A stretch of 18,425 bases of DNA from Candidatus Hydrogenedentota bacterium. GTDB lineage: Bacteria > Hydrogenedentota > Hydrogenedentia > Hydrogenedentales > GCA-2746185. Position numbers and translations under genes: made by a program. The stretch lies in assembly GCA_046583315.1 (NCBI GenBank), contig JAYGCN010000124.1:1-18425 (forward strand). The letters are read 5' to 3'. Shown here piece by piece: positions 8,521 to 17,723 of the stretch. The notes under the pieces are model-generated. The model saw nothing but the letters and a program-made list of their open reading frames with translations, was not told where the DNA came from and did no database searches. The stretch's first letter is position 1. Each line of letters begins with the position of its first letter.

Positions 8521-9009
8521 ATGACAGATAGCACTCCATCCCAAGACGGCGAGCGACTGCGCTAGGAATATACCAACGAAGAAGTTTCCGAGATTATCCG
8601 AGTGGCATTGCAAAACGCCAACGGTACTGATAACGTGATCGTGAACCGCGAAGAGATGCTGGCTATTGGTGAAGAATTCGGTCTTAATGTAGTCGATCTG
8701 GTTCGTGCATCAGAAGAAATCGAAGCATCACGCGAGGATACTCAAGCATCTTCCAGGGCGATGTACGACTTTAAGCTTCATGTGTTTTGTTATCTCGCAG
8801 GAGTGACCGGGATTTTTCTAGTCAATTTGGTGACCAACTCGATGAGCAGCTCCCCCAACGTCTGGTGGTTTCTTTTCGCCATGGTCGCTTATGCCCCCGT
8901 AGTGGCCGTTCACGGTTTCATCGCCAAGTCCGATCCGAATCTCGCCAGCAGCCTCATCAGGGAAGAAGAAACCGCGCCCCCAGCTGAACCCTCAGCGATG
9001 TCGCGATGA
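8521..9009 (+). pseudogene. 2TM-domain membrane protein interrupted by an in-frame TAG
   Basis: RBS GAGGAG then ATG 8521: MTDSTPSQDGERLR*EYTNEEVSEIIRVAL..., TAG at 8563-8565, continuing in frame into ORF 8602..9009. The C-terminal FKLHVFCYL..VNLVT..WWFLF..AVH pattern fits the 2TM domain. Confidence 0.7.
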
Positions 9010-9036
9010 CACTAGTTCGTTCTTGAGCAAGGTATT

Positions 9037-9459
9037 TCAGTCTCGATTTGTTTCGGCGTACTGCGTCAATTCCACAACAACACCATCCGGTGCGACTAGA
9101 TACACGTAACTCAACCCCGTTTTTTCATGGACCGGATCGCCCAGAAGTACTACTCCGGCATCTCGCAATTCCTGTGAGGCTTCTTCGACATCCTGAACCT
9201 TCAATCCGAAATGGGCGACGCCGAAACCGTTTGAGTAGGCACCGTCTCCAGCTCCTGGAGGTGCAGCAGGTTCGATGTCCGGCGGAAAAGGCCCCAACAC
9301 CAGCAGCTGTCCGCCAAGGGACAGAAAAATGCGCGTCTGGCCGTGTACATTCTCGTTCCGGAACCGCTCCCGGGCCTGAAAATGGTCGACATAGAACAAT
9401 GCCGATGATTCCGGTTCTTCGCAGTAGATGTGAATGTGGTCCAGTCTGTCTATCTTCAT
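9037..9459 (-). CDS. VOC (glyoxalase/bleomycin resistance/dioxygenase) family protein
   Basis: MKIDRLDHIHIY...FY..HF, GVAHFGLKVQDV, APDGVVVELTQ; His/His/Glu metal-ligand pattern. ATG at 9459; 140 aa. Confidence 0.9.
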   Translation of the reverse strand: MKIDRLDHIHIYCEEPESSALFYVDHFQARERFRNENVHGQTRIFLSLGGQLLVLGPFPPDIEPAAPPGAGDGAYSNGFGVAHFGLKVQDVEEASQELRDAGVVLLGDPVHEKTGLSYVYLVAPDGVVVELTQYAETNRD

Positions 9460-9496
9460 ACAAATGCCCCGTCTAACCCAGGTTAAGGAATGCCCG

Positions 9497-10129
9497 CTAC
9501 TTGCCAAGATCCCGATAGTACAATTCCCGGGCTTCGATGACCATGCCTTCGTTGTGACATTGTAGCGCGAAGAAACCTTTCGCATATTCATCGTCTGTGT
9601 AACGCATCACGAGTTCATCGTTGACCCAGATGCGCAGTTCATCACCCACCGCAAGCACACGCATTGAGAACCATTCGCCATCTTTCGTCAACAGCCGCGT
9701 CGCCTTACCCGTGGGGGTACCCGGTTTCCATAACCAGCCCGTGTAGGCATCCTGCGTGTGGCAAATCTGCGCCTCGTACCCTTCCGGATAGCCATCGGGA
9801 TTGTCGCTAGGCGGGTTCGCGCGAAAATAGAGACCGCTGTTCCCGTCGCGTTCCTTCGATTGAATGCGAAACTCACCCCTCACCTCAAGATCGCTGAGCT
9901 CCTGCGGCGCGTAGAGGTGTCCCTGGCCACCCTTGGAAACGCCGACCATCACACCATCCTCAACCGACCACGTAGCACTACCCCGTGCCGTCCAGCCATC
10001 GAGATTCTTACCGTTGAACATCGATTGCCACTCACCATCAGCCGCGCACACAGTATTCAGACGAAACTGGCCTGCGACCATCACTACACCGAGCAGACCA
10101 GCGAACAAAACATTCCGCATCGATTTCAT
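9497..10129 (-). CDS. Secreted DUF1080 (3-keto-disaccharide hydrolase-like) protein
   Basis: Signal peptide MKSMRNVLFAGLLGVVMVAG..., WQSMFNGKNLDGW, GNSGLYFR, GYEAQI, GEWFSMRV, GFFALQCH. ATG 10129 with RBS AGGAGG; 210 aa. Confidence 0.9.
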   Translation of the reverse strand: MKSMRNVLFAGLLGVVMVAGQFRLNTVCAADGEWQSMFNGKNLDGWTARGSATWSVEDGVMVGVSKGGQGHLYAPQELSDLEVRGEFRIQSKERDGNSGLYFRANPPSDNPDGYPEGYEAQICHTQDAYTGWLWKPGTPTGKATRLLTKDGEWFSMRVLAVGDELRIWVNDELVMRYTDDEYAKGFFALQCHNEGMVIEARELYYRDLGK

Positions 10130-10408
10130 CCCTCTGACTCCTCCTGTTTGTATCTCATGCCATGCAATTGGGCTTTCTGACAAACAGTATACAAAAGCCG
10201 ACGGTACCGATGCTCGATTGCCGGAGGAAAACTCCCAAGCACTAAAAACCGCTCGATATAGTGGAAAGATTGAGCTTTGTATACAGCGACCTGTGGTACA
10301 CACGACCAATGGTGCCCCCAAAAAAGAAAATTTCGTCGAAAATCCGATTAGGGGAGTATATGCTAGTAAGAAGGTCAACCGAAACCAGAAATCGGGGACG
10401 ACAGAACC

Positions 10409-11016
10409 GTGCACAACCTGTTGAGCGACGAGACGTTAATGCACCGATTCGTATGGCACAACGATCCGAAATCTTTCGAGCAGTTGGTGGCTCGCTGGGA
10501 TAAGCGGGTCTTCGCCTTTCTGGCGAAAGCCTCCGGCAATCCGGATGAGGCGAAAGACCTTCGTCAGGAAGTATTCATCCGCGTATACAAACACGCCGCT
10601 ACCTTCGATTCGAAACAAAAGTTCTCAACATGGTTGTTCTCGATCGTGCACAATGTGCTGGCCACATGGTACACAAAAAAGAAACGTCGCAACCTGATTG
10701 AGTTGCCCCAACATTTTGACGCCGCTTTGTCGACGGTGGGGAAATCGCGAACCCCGTCCACGGAAGCTATTGCTGCGGAGCAAAAGGTAGTAATCGATGC
10801 GGCGATCGCTCGATTAAAACCGTGTGAACGCTAGTTGCTGTTGCTTCGTATGGGTCTGAAAATGAGTTACCGCGAAATCGGAGCAGTTTTAGACACCGTC
10901 GAAAGCACCGTGAAATCACGTATTACAGCTTGTTGCTGCGGATGCGTAACGACCTTCAATCCTCTCCCCTCTCAATTAAAGCGGGCGAGTTTGAACAATG
11001 CAAAAGGATTACCTAA
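10409..11016 (+). pseudogene. ECF sigma-70 factor, interrupted by TAG (10832-10834) and a frameshift (about 10924)
   Basis: Region 2 (EAKDLRQEVFIRVY, FSTWLFSIVHN) lies in 10409..10834. Region 4 (LLLLR..MSYREIGAVLDTVESTVKSRI) continues in frame after TAG. Adding one T at 10923-10924 gives ...KSRIYSLLLRMRNDL...* ending at TAA 11016, abutting the next ATG. Confidence 0.88.
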
Positions 11017-11706
11017 ATGGGAATGCAAAAGAATCGAGCCGAGAAATGGATCGCCTATCTTCTCAGTGATCTGGATTCGGCAGACGCCGCGGCCATTGAA
11101 GCGGAAATGAAAGCGAATCCCGAAGAAGCGTTGGAAATGACCAATACAGTGGAACAAATCCGCGCGTGGTCATCCGAATCGGTGCCACACGTACCGTTGA
11201 AACTCGATGATTTGGGCATTGACTGCCAGGCGCATCGCCGCGACAGGACTCGTACGTCCGATACACGTTTTCGATGGTCGTCGCTTCGGCCAGGTTGGCG
11301 TATGTTGGTCGCCGCTTCAATCTTGTTGTTGGCCTTGACCCAATTACAATTCTCCGTGTCGGTCGGCGATTCAGCGTTTTCGTGGGGTATGGACGCGAAT
11401 CGAGACGTGCCCGAAATGCCTGCTCAAGTCGAACCGAACCTTACTGCAACAAGCCTGATCAAACGGGTAGAAGTCTTGGAACAAGCCGCTTCCGAAATGG
11501 GCAGCGCGCTGGAAGCTCTAGCACTTCAGGATACGAGGTTGGCCGAATCGTTCAAACAAAACACACTGGAGTTGGCCCACTATCAGCGCGTGGAATCACA
11601 AGCTCGACTGCGCGACATGCAACAACTAATGAGATGGACCGATTATCCTGAAGCCCATGACGTGAAATTGGCATCCGACACAGCGTCACTGATCGAACGG
11701 CGCTAG
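11017..11706 (+). CDS. Probable membrane-anchored anti-sigma factor
   Basis: Directly follows the ECF sigma. N-terminal AYLLSDLD..DAAAIEAE (anti-sigma-like, no HxxxCxxC), one TM segment (WRMLVAASILLLALTQ), then a predicted coiled-coil C-terminus. Confidence 0.7.
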   Translation: MGMQKNRAEKWIAYLLSDLDSADAAAIEAEMKANPEEALEMTNTVEQIRAWSSESVPHVPLKLDDLGIDCQAHRRDRTRTSDTRFRWSSLRPGWRMLVAASILLLALTQLQFSVSVGDSAFSWGMDANRDVPEMPAQVEPNLTATSLIKRVEVLEQAASEMGSALEALALQDTRLAESFKQNTLELAHYQRVESQARLRDMQQLMRWTDYPEAHDVKLASDTASLIERR

Positions 11707-11757
11707 ATCTACCCCACGATGCATCACTAAACAATACTCGAACGGAGGAGATGAATC

Positions 11758-12923
11758 ATGCTTGGAATACTGTACGGAAGTATTAGTCGATTTGCGGTTA
11801 CGATAGTATGTGGATTCGCATTATTGGCTCAAACAACTGCGGCTTGCGAAGAAAGTTCGACGGGAATCGCGAAAGAATTGGAGATAATGAGTAAGGTCCT
11901 TGAGGCCAGTCTTGATTCGAGCGGTATCGAAGACTGGCATGCTTCGTCCATCGGTTATTCGGCGTTTCAGTCGAAAATCAAGCGAGAATACATCCCAACG
12001 GTCGGAGCGATATTTACAATTGACGTGAATTTCCCCATTGTGAAGCCCGAAGAGGATGTCGCGAAGGCTGGTGAAGGAGAAAAAAAACGGATGATCTGTG
12101 GGAGCAGGTGTCCGAAGGGCGTAGCTTGGACTGGAGGTCGAAGAACACCTGGGAGGAAATTACGGGCATCGGCGTATCGTTGCTGAAAGACGATGACGGA
12201 GAAATTGTTGTCGTGAATACCTATATCGATTCTCCCGCCGCGAAAGCGAAAATTAAACAATACGACGTGATCGTGGAAGTAGAAGGTAAACCAACGCAAA
12301 CAATGGATCTCAGTAAGGTGGCTGACCTCATCGGCGGCCCAGAGGGCTCCACGGTTACATTGAGAATCCGTGGCGAAGACGAGTCGGATGACGCAGCCAC
12401 TGAAGTAAATTTGGAACTAGCTAAGATTAGGACAAATTCCAACCGTACGTTTCATTTCAATCCACGAGATTGGGACAAGGAATCCGTCACGTTTCGTATA
12501 GACAATGATGATCGGACCATGATATTCCCGGGCGGTGGTCCTAACCCATCCCATAGAATTCAACTGCTCCAAGCAGACGATCTGAAATTGACTCTGTCAA
12601 ACTACTTCTTTCACGAAATTGAGTACCACGCAAAGAAAGTAGAGCTGTTACGCGACACACTGGTCGCTACCGTGGCCCGCTACGGACACCGAATGACACA
12701 CGTGGGCGACGAAGAACGCATTCTTATCATTGTGAACGCCCCACGAGGGGGAAGCAGCAACCGTCTGATCGGTTTGCAAGGGCAAAGGCGAGAGTTTACC
12801 TATTTCCCGCTGGCCTCTCACGGTGACAGAGATCATGTTCTGTTTTCCTTCGCTCAATCCGAACTCGATGAAGAAACATCGCAGGAAGTTCTTGAACAGG
12901 TCGTACAAGAGCTCAGTTATTAA
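11758..12923 (+). pseudogene. Exported PDZ-domain protein split by a frameshift at an A8 run (12080-12087)
   Basis: RBS GGAGGAG and a signal-peptide-like N-terminus. A -1 shift at GAAAAAAAAC joins ...GEGEKK to TDDLWEQVSEG... (about 388 aa). The PDZ segment GIGVSL...DSPAAKAKIKQYDVIVEVEG...LIGGPEGSTVTLRI resembles the S41-protease PDZ. Confidence 0.75.
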
Positions 12924-12979
12924 AAATTTATTCTCAGATACGGTACAATTTGACCTCACTCGTATCGTTGTCGAAAGGC

Positions 12980-13552
12980 CTAGCCCTTTCGACAACGATA
13001 CACGAAAGCCGGCGGCATGTTGCGCCACACGGTAGGGCTTTGTTCGACGCTGTCGAAGGTCTGATTCAAAGTCTTGCGAAACCGTTGTCCGGCGGGAAGC
13101 ATTAGTCCCTGGAGATATGCGAATGTGACAAATTGCCCGCCCGGACGAAGCACGCGCAGCATCGAATCCAGATAAGCCGTCTGCATCGACTCGGAAAATG
13201 CCGCCCACGGAAGTCCACAGACAATCGCATCGACCGAGTCAACATTTTCACCTGCACACAGCGCCTCCACGTTCTCAACACTATCGTTGTAAAATCGTTG
13301 CTCCGGAAAACGTTGTTGTAGGGTCTCAAAAAAATCCGCGTTCAGCTCAATGCCGAAATAGCACGCGGACGGATTGAGGGCGTCTACTACATGCCCCGTG
13401 AACGCGCCCGTGCCGGGACCGTACTCCACCACCGCGTTGACACCATCCCAATCAATCCATTCGACCATACGTGTCGCCAGACGTGCCGAACTCGGCGCTA
13501 TCGCACCCACAGCAACCGGACTTGACATAAACTGTTTAAGAAACCCTGACAC
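12980..13552 (-). CDS. Class I SAM-dependent methyltransferase, phospholipid N-methyltransferase (PmtA-like)
   Basis: FLKQFMSSPVAVGAIAPSSARLA, VVEYGPGTG, IVCGLPW, LRPGGQFVTFAY and VWRNMPPAFVY. Likely start is GTG 13552; 190 aa. Confidence 0.88.
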   Translation of the reverse strand: MSGFLKQFMSSPVAVGAIAPSSARLATRMVEWIDWDGVNAVVEYGPGTGAFTGHVVDALNPSACYFGIELNADFFETLQQRFPEQRFYNDSVENVEALCAGENVDSVDAIVCGLPWAAFSESMQTAYLDSMLRVLRPGGQFVTFAYLQGLMLPAGQRFRKTLNQTFDSVEQSPTVWRNMPPAFVYRCRKG

Positions 13553-13983
13553 GGCGGAACGACCCCTTTTCAGTGAGTTTGTATTATGGTTCAAACGAGT
13601 GTGTATTTGCCAAATGACGTAATCATGAGCAGGGGCGCGATTTGGCACGAGTCGATTTATTTTGATTTTCGCATAATGCTTCTTATGTGTAATATTTATT
13701 TTCGGATTTATGGCAAAAAGTATATCATATTCGGGACAATATTATGTAATTCGACCGCATTCAGAACACTAAATATTTGTCTTAACAAATGGCATAAAAC
13801 CCCCGTATCAATTAGGGGATATTTAGTTTTACAGTCGTACCCAGGTCTGTTATGTTTGACTTCTTGGGTTCGAAAATCCAGCGCTATCGTAGGGAGTCAA
13901 GAAAGGGGGGTAGCTGGGCGAAATGTCATGTAGTTTAAGCATAAAACACGAAATTATTACAATCAATATTGGAGAGTAGGGCT

Positions 13984-15867
13984 ATGAAAAAAATACTAAC
14001 AGTGCTAATGTGTGCTCTTGCAGTCGGAGCCATGTTTGCGCCAACAGCAAGCGCCAGCCACTTTCGTGGCGGCAATATCAGTTGGGTACTGACGGGAAAT
14101 CCCAATGAAGTAGAAATCGGGTTCTCTGGTGTGTTCAGACGAGGTTACGGTGGTACCGGAGGTGACGGTCTCGTCGTTACTGGTGACATCTTTACGGAGA
14201 CTATCGGTGGGACCGGTTTGAGCTTCGGCGATGGAGGTTTTACAGGGACTCTGCGGTTCATTGCTACCTCCTATTCCGTAGCAGACAATTGGGTCATTGG
14301 TAGAGCCTTACAACCTGGATCCAACGATGTTAATATTCGCCACACGTATGCGGGTGCTGGACCATACACTGCGTCAATGAGCGGGTGTTGCCGAATCGGC
14401 GGAATAAACAATCGCGGGGGTGGCTATTCAGTCGCGGCCACTGGTATCGAACCGCAAGGAAGCAATGAATCGCCGGTTACAGCCCAAAGCCCAATCGTGT
14501 TTGTGGGCGAAAGTGCTGCCTCAACATTTCCAACGGTAGCAGCCGACCCGGATGGCGATCCGCTGCTCTTCCGCTTCGCAACGAATGCTGAATCTGGTGG
14601 TACCGGAAACAACCCTCCAGGCATGACCATCGATCCTTCATCAGGTCTAGTGACCTGGAACAACGTGGGATTGAACCAGACTAATTTTTGGACGACTCAA
14701 ATCATCGTGGATGATGGCCTCTCCAGTGTGGCAGTCGACTTCATGTTATTGATCGTACCATGCCCACCGGGTAACACGGCGCCATCATGCAGCATCGACG
14801 CGGGTGGCAGTACGTCCGTCGGCGTTGGACAGTCCTTGAGTTTCAATGTGACCGCCGCAGATGCCGACGCAGGAGATTCTGTCTTACTGAACGTCGCTGG
14901 TCTACCGGTCGGTGCGTCCATGACTCCGGGACTTCCCGATGGAGGAGCCTCCCCGTTTGTATCCACGTTTGATTGGACACCGGGGGCTGGCGATGTAGGC
15001 GTCCATGTTGTCACTTTCCAGGTGACGGATGACTGCGGAATCGGATCAACGTGCGGAATCACGATTGAAGTGCTCCAAGACACCATCCCGCCGGATTTCC
15101 CTACTCCTCCGACTCCGGATGAAGCGGTGAAAGCGTTTTCCACGGCAACCAACCCGACCACGATGACGGTTACGGCAACAATATGCGATGCTGAATCTAT
15201 CATCACGGGTGCGACGCTCACTTCAAGCGCCGGTGGCGGACCGATGGCCATGCAAGCGGTTGATGGTGCCTTCGACGAATTGTGCGAAGAAGTAACCATC
15301 ACGGTATCGCTGGATGGCATTGACCCGGGCCTTTACAACGTATGCGTCACGGCGACGGACGCGGCGGGCAACACATCCGCGCCGCAATGCTTCGTATGCG
15401 TCATCTACGATCCATCTGCTGGTTTCGTAACCGGTGGTGGTTGGATTGATTCTCCGCTCGGTGCATATACACCGGATCCGACACTCGGTGTTAAAGCCAA
15501 CTTCGGTTTCGTTTCCAAGTACAAAAAAGGTAAATCGACACCGGACGGCAATACGCAGTTCCAGCTTCATTCTGCCGGAATGAACTTCCATTCCAACGAT
15601 TACAGCTGGTGAATCGTTACCGGTAGCGGAACGAAAGCCATGTTCAAAGGAACAGGAACCCTAAACGGCGGGGGTGGCTATCAGTTCATGCTGACCGCAC
15701 ACGACACCGATCCGGATAAATTTCGAATTCGTATCTTCTACGATGTGATCGGTAGCGGTGAAGTCACGGTGTATGACAACCAGATCGGTGATGCGGATGA
15801 TGCTGATGCCACTACGCTAATCACCAAAGGCTCCATCCAGATTCACACTGGAGGCAAGAAGAAGTAA
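13984..15867 (+). pseudogene. Secreted multidomain protein (SHFRGG N-terminal domain, Ig/cadherin-like repeats, C-terminal 'FVTGGGWI' domain) with an internal TGA at 15610-15612
   Basis: Signal peptide MKKILTVLMCALAVGAMFAPTASA then SHFRGG, SGCCR, AADPDGDPL, PPGMTIDPSSGLVTW and DWTPGAGDVG. The C-terminal domain GFVTGGGWIDSP..KANFGFVSKYKKG..NFHSNDYSW*IVTG..MFKGTG..DKFRIRI..VYDNQ..GSIQIH is in frame across the TGA (627 codons in total). Confidence 0.8.
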
Positions 15868-15893
15868 GCACCCATTAAGTTAGGATCAACAAT

Positions 15894-15938
15894 CGGCGGG
15901 GTTCGGATGACATCATCCAGCCCCGCCGGTTCTTTTTT
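15894..15938 (+). terminator. Rho-independent terminator
   Basis: Outer stem CGGCGGGG (15894-15901)/CCCCGCCG (15921-15928), inner GGATG/CATCC, followed by GTTCTTTTTT; 26 nt after TAA 15867. Confidence 0.85.
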
Positions 15939-16013
15939 ATTTGGACAAGCTTGGGGCTATACACTATCAATCTGATATGATGGCCCGGTTTATCGGCCAC
16001 TGGAGCAGCGACC

Positions 16014-17711
16014 ATGACTGAAGGGAATAACGGAATCGAAGCGAACCCTTCTGCTCGCTCGAAAACCGGCCCATACTGGGTAGCCCTTCTATGCCTCCTG
16101 TGCCTACTCCCCTTTATCAATAAAGCCTTTCACATTGATGATATGGTGTACTTTCACCCAGCCCAGCAGATTCATGAAAACCCCTTTGACCCCTTCGGCT
16201 TCAAACTCATCACAACGTGGATGTACGATATCAGCAAGAATCCACCCGGGCATTCCTATTACCTCGCGGGCATGGCACTCATCTTCGGCTGGAGCGAAAT
16301 CGCCATGCACACCTCGATGCTTCTCGCATCGATTTGCGCCGCGCTGGGAATCTACCAACTCGCCCGGCGATTCTGTGAACACCCGCTCCTGGCCACCGCA
16401 ATCAGTGTGCTCACACCTGCATTCGTTGTCTCCAACTCGAACATCATGTGCGAACCACTATTGCTGGTTATCTACGTGTGGGCGCTGGTGTTGTGGATTC
16501 GTGGAATGGATGCCAACGACTCAAGAGTGCTCGCCCTTGCCGCAATCATTCTTGGATTCGGAATTCTCACCAAGTACATCGTCATAACCGCCATCCCCCT
16601 GCTCATCGCCTACTCCATTGCACGCGAACGCAGACTCTCAACGAAGCTACTCTTCTTCGTCATCCCCTGCCTTATGCTCGCGCTATACGACCTGTCCACT
16701 TTTCTACTCTACGACCGAAGCTCGGTACTGGACGTAATACGGTATTCAACCAAATACTCCACCGGCCAGAGTGGCAGATTCAGTTTGGACGGTTTCGTCA
16801 TTGGACTGACCTTCCTCGGCGGCTCGTACTTGAGCACCCTGTTCTTTGTGCCCAATCTGCTCAAACCGAGGTCCATCATTCGATTCGCAGTCCTGAGCCT
16901 GTTCGTGGCCGGCGTGATGCTGGTCGTCGGCGGCTTCGACACCAGCTATCTGATGTACGACGAAAACGCCATTCGCTGGAGTTTCGTTTTGCAAACCTCA
17001 ATATTCGTCTCGGCCGGAATCGTCATTCTCGCGATGACTGTCCTGGACGTTGTCCGCACACGAGATGCCGATTCGTTGCTCCTGCTACTGCTGGTTTTCG
17101 GCATTTTTATCTTTACCATCGGCGTCAATTGGACGATCAACACACGTACATTAATCCCGCTACTCCCGGCCATCGGAATCCTCGTCGTGCGACGATTGGA
17201 GCAGACACCGCAGAACGAGACCCTGCGATTCGCATCGCCCATCCCGTTCGCGCTCGCAGCACTATTGACGATGAGCGTTGCTTGGGGCGACTATCGTCAC
17301 TCCGCAGACATGCGCGAAGCCGCCAATCGGTTTGCAGCGTCCAAACCCTCCACGGAAGGCCAGATATGGTTCGAAGGACGTAGCGGCTACCGATTCTACA
17401 TGGAACAAAACGGATACTCCCCCTTGATTCTGGACGCGTTTATATCCAAACCCGCATACGAACCTGTACACCTGAGTGATATCGGGGTGAACAGTGGCGA
17501 CATGATTGTCATATACACCAGTCAAAAAACCTTGAGCATACCTGCCAAGAACATCGCCAGCACCAGTGAAGTTTCCATCAGCAAATCCAACTTTATATCC
17601 ACCATGAATACGCAAAAAGGTGCCGGATTCTACGACGCCCACCAAGGCCCCTTGCCCTACTATTTCGGCCCGGCTGCCGGCAAGTCCTACACGGTCTACA
17701 CCATACGCTGA
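16014..17711 (+). CDS. GT-C fold membrane glycosyltransferase (ArnT/PMT-like, GT83/GT39)
   Basis: N-terminal TM then acidic HIDD loop, NPPG.SYY, LTP, GILTKY and late RTLIPLLP motifs; many TM segments and a soluble C-terminal domain. RBS GGAG. Confidence 0.85.
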   Translation: MTEGNNGIEANPSARSKTGPYWVALLCLLCLLPFINKAFHIDDMVYFHPAQQIHENPFDPFGFKLITTWMYDISKNPPGHSYYLAGMALIFGWSEIAMHTSMLLASICAALGIYQLARRFCEHPLLATAISVLTPAFVVSNSNIMCEPLLLVIYVWALVLWIRGMDANDSRVLALAAIILGFGILTKYIVITAIPLLIAYSIARERRLSTKLLFFVIPCLMLALYDLSTFLLYDRSSVLDVIRYSTKYSTGQSGRFSLDGFVIGLTFLGGSYLSTLFFVPNLLKPRSIIRFAVLSLFVAGVMLVVGGFDTSYLMYDENAIRWSFVLQTSIFVSAGIVILAMTVLDVVRTRDADSLLLLLLVFGIFIFTIGVNWTINTRTLIPLLPAIGILVVRRLEQTPQNETLRFASPIPFALAALLTMSVAWGDYRHSADMREAANRFAASKPSTEGQIWFEGRSGYRFYMEQNGYSPLILDAFISKPAYEPVHLSDIGVNSGDMIVIYTSQKTLSIPAKNIASTSEVSISKSNFISTMNTQKGAGFYDAHQGPLPYYFGPAAGKSYTVYTIR

Positions 17712-17723
17712 ATCGATTCGACT

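Noticed and set aside
10130..10414. N-terminal extensions in the ORF track (DUF1080 to 10414, GntR to 3545, MATE from 6908, methyltransferase to 13648, VOC to 9591)
   Set aside because: Downstream starts have better RBS or coupling and match where family similarity begins.
8563..10834. Genome-wide TAG reassignment (Gln or pyrrolysine) to explain two in-frame ambers
   Set aside because: TAG ends pqqA, DUF1080, the anti-sigma, the methyltransferase and the cytochrome at natural C-termini, and readthrough would run DUF1080 and the cytochrome into neighbouring genes. No pyl genes or suppressor tRNA are seen, and frameshifts co-occur.
13642..13658. TTGGCACG sigma54 -24 box
   Set aside because: No GC at the required -12 spacing.
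15610..15612. TGA as selenocysteine or Trp/Gly recoding
   Set aside because: The position appears to be a hydrophobic Leu site in a non-redox domain, there is no convincing SECIS, and TGA is the normal stop of pqqC, pqqE and others.
16448..17383. 311-aa alternative-frame ORF and other long shadow ORFs (e.g. 14697..15320, 12648..13208)
   Set aside because: They lie within well-supported genes, have biased composition and show no motifs; expected by-products of codon bias.
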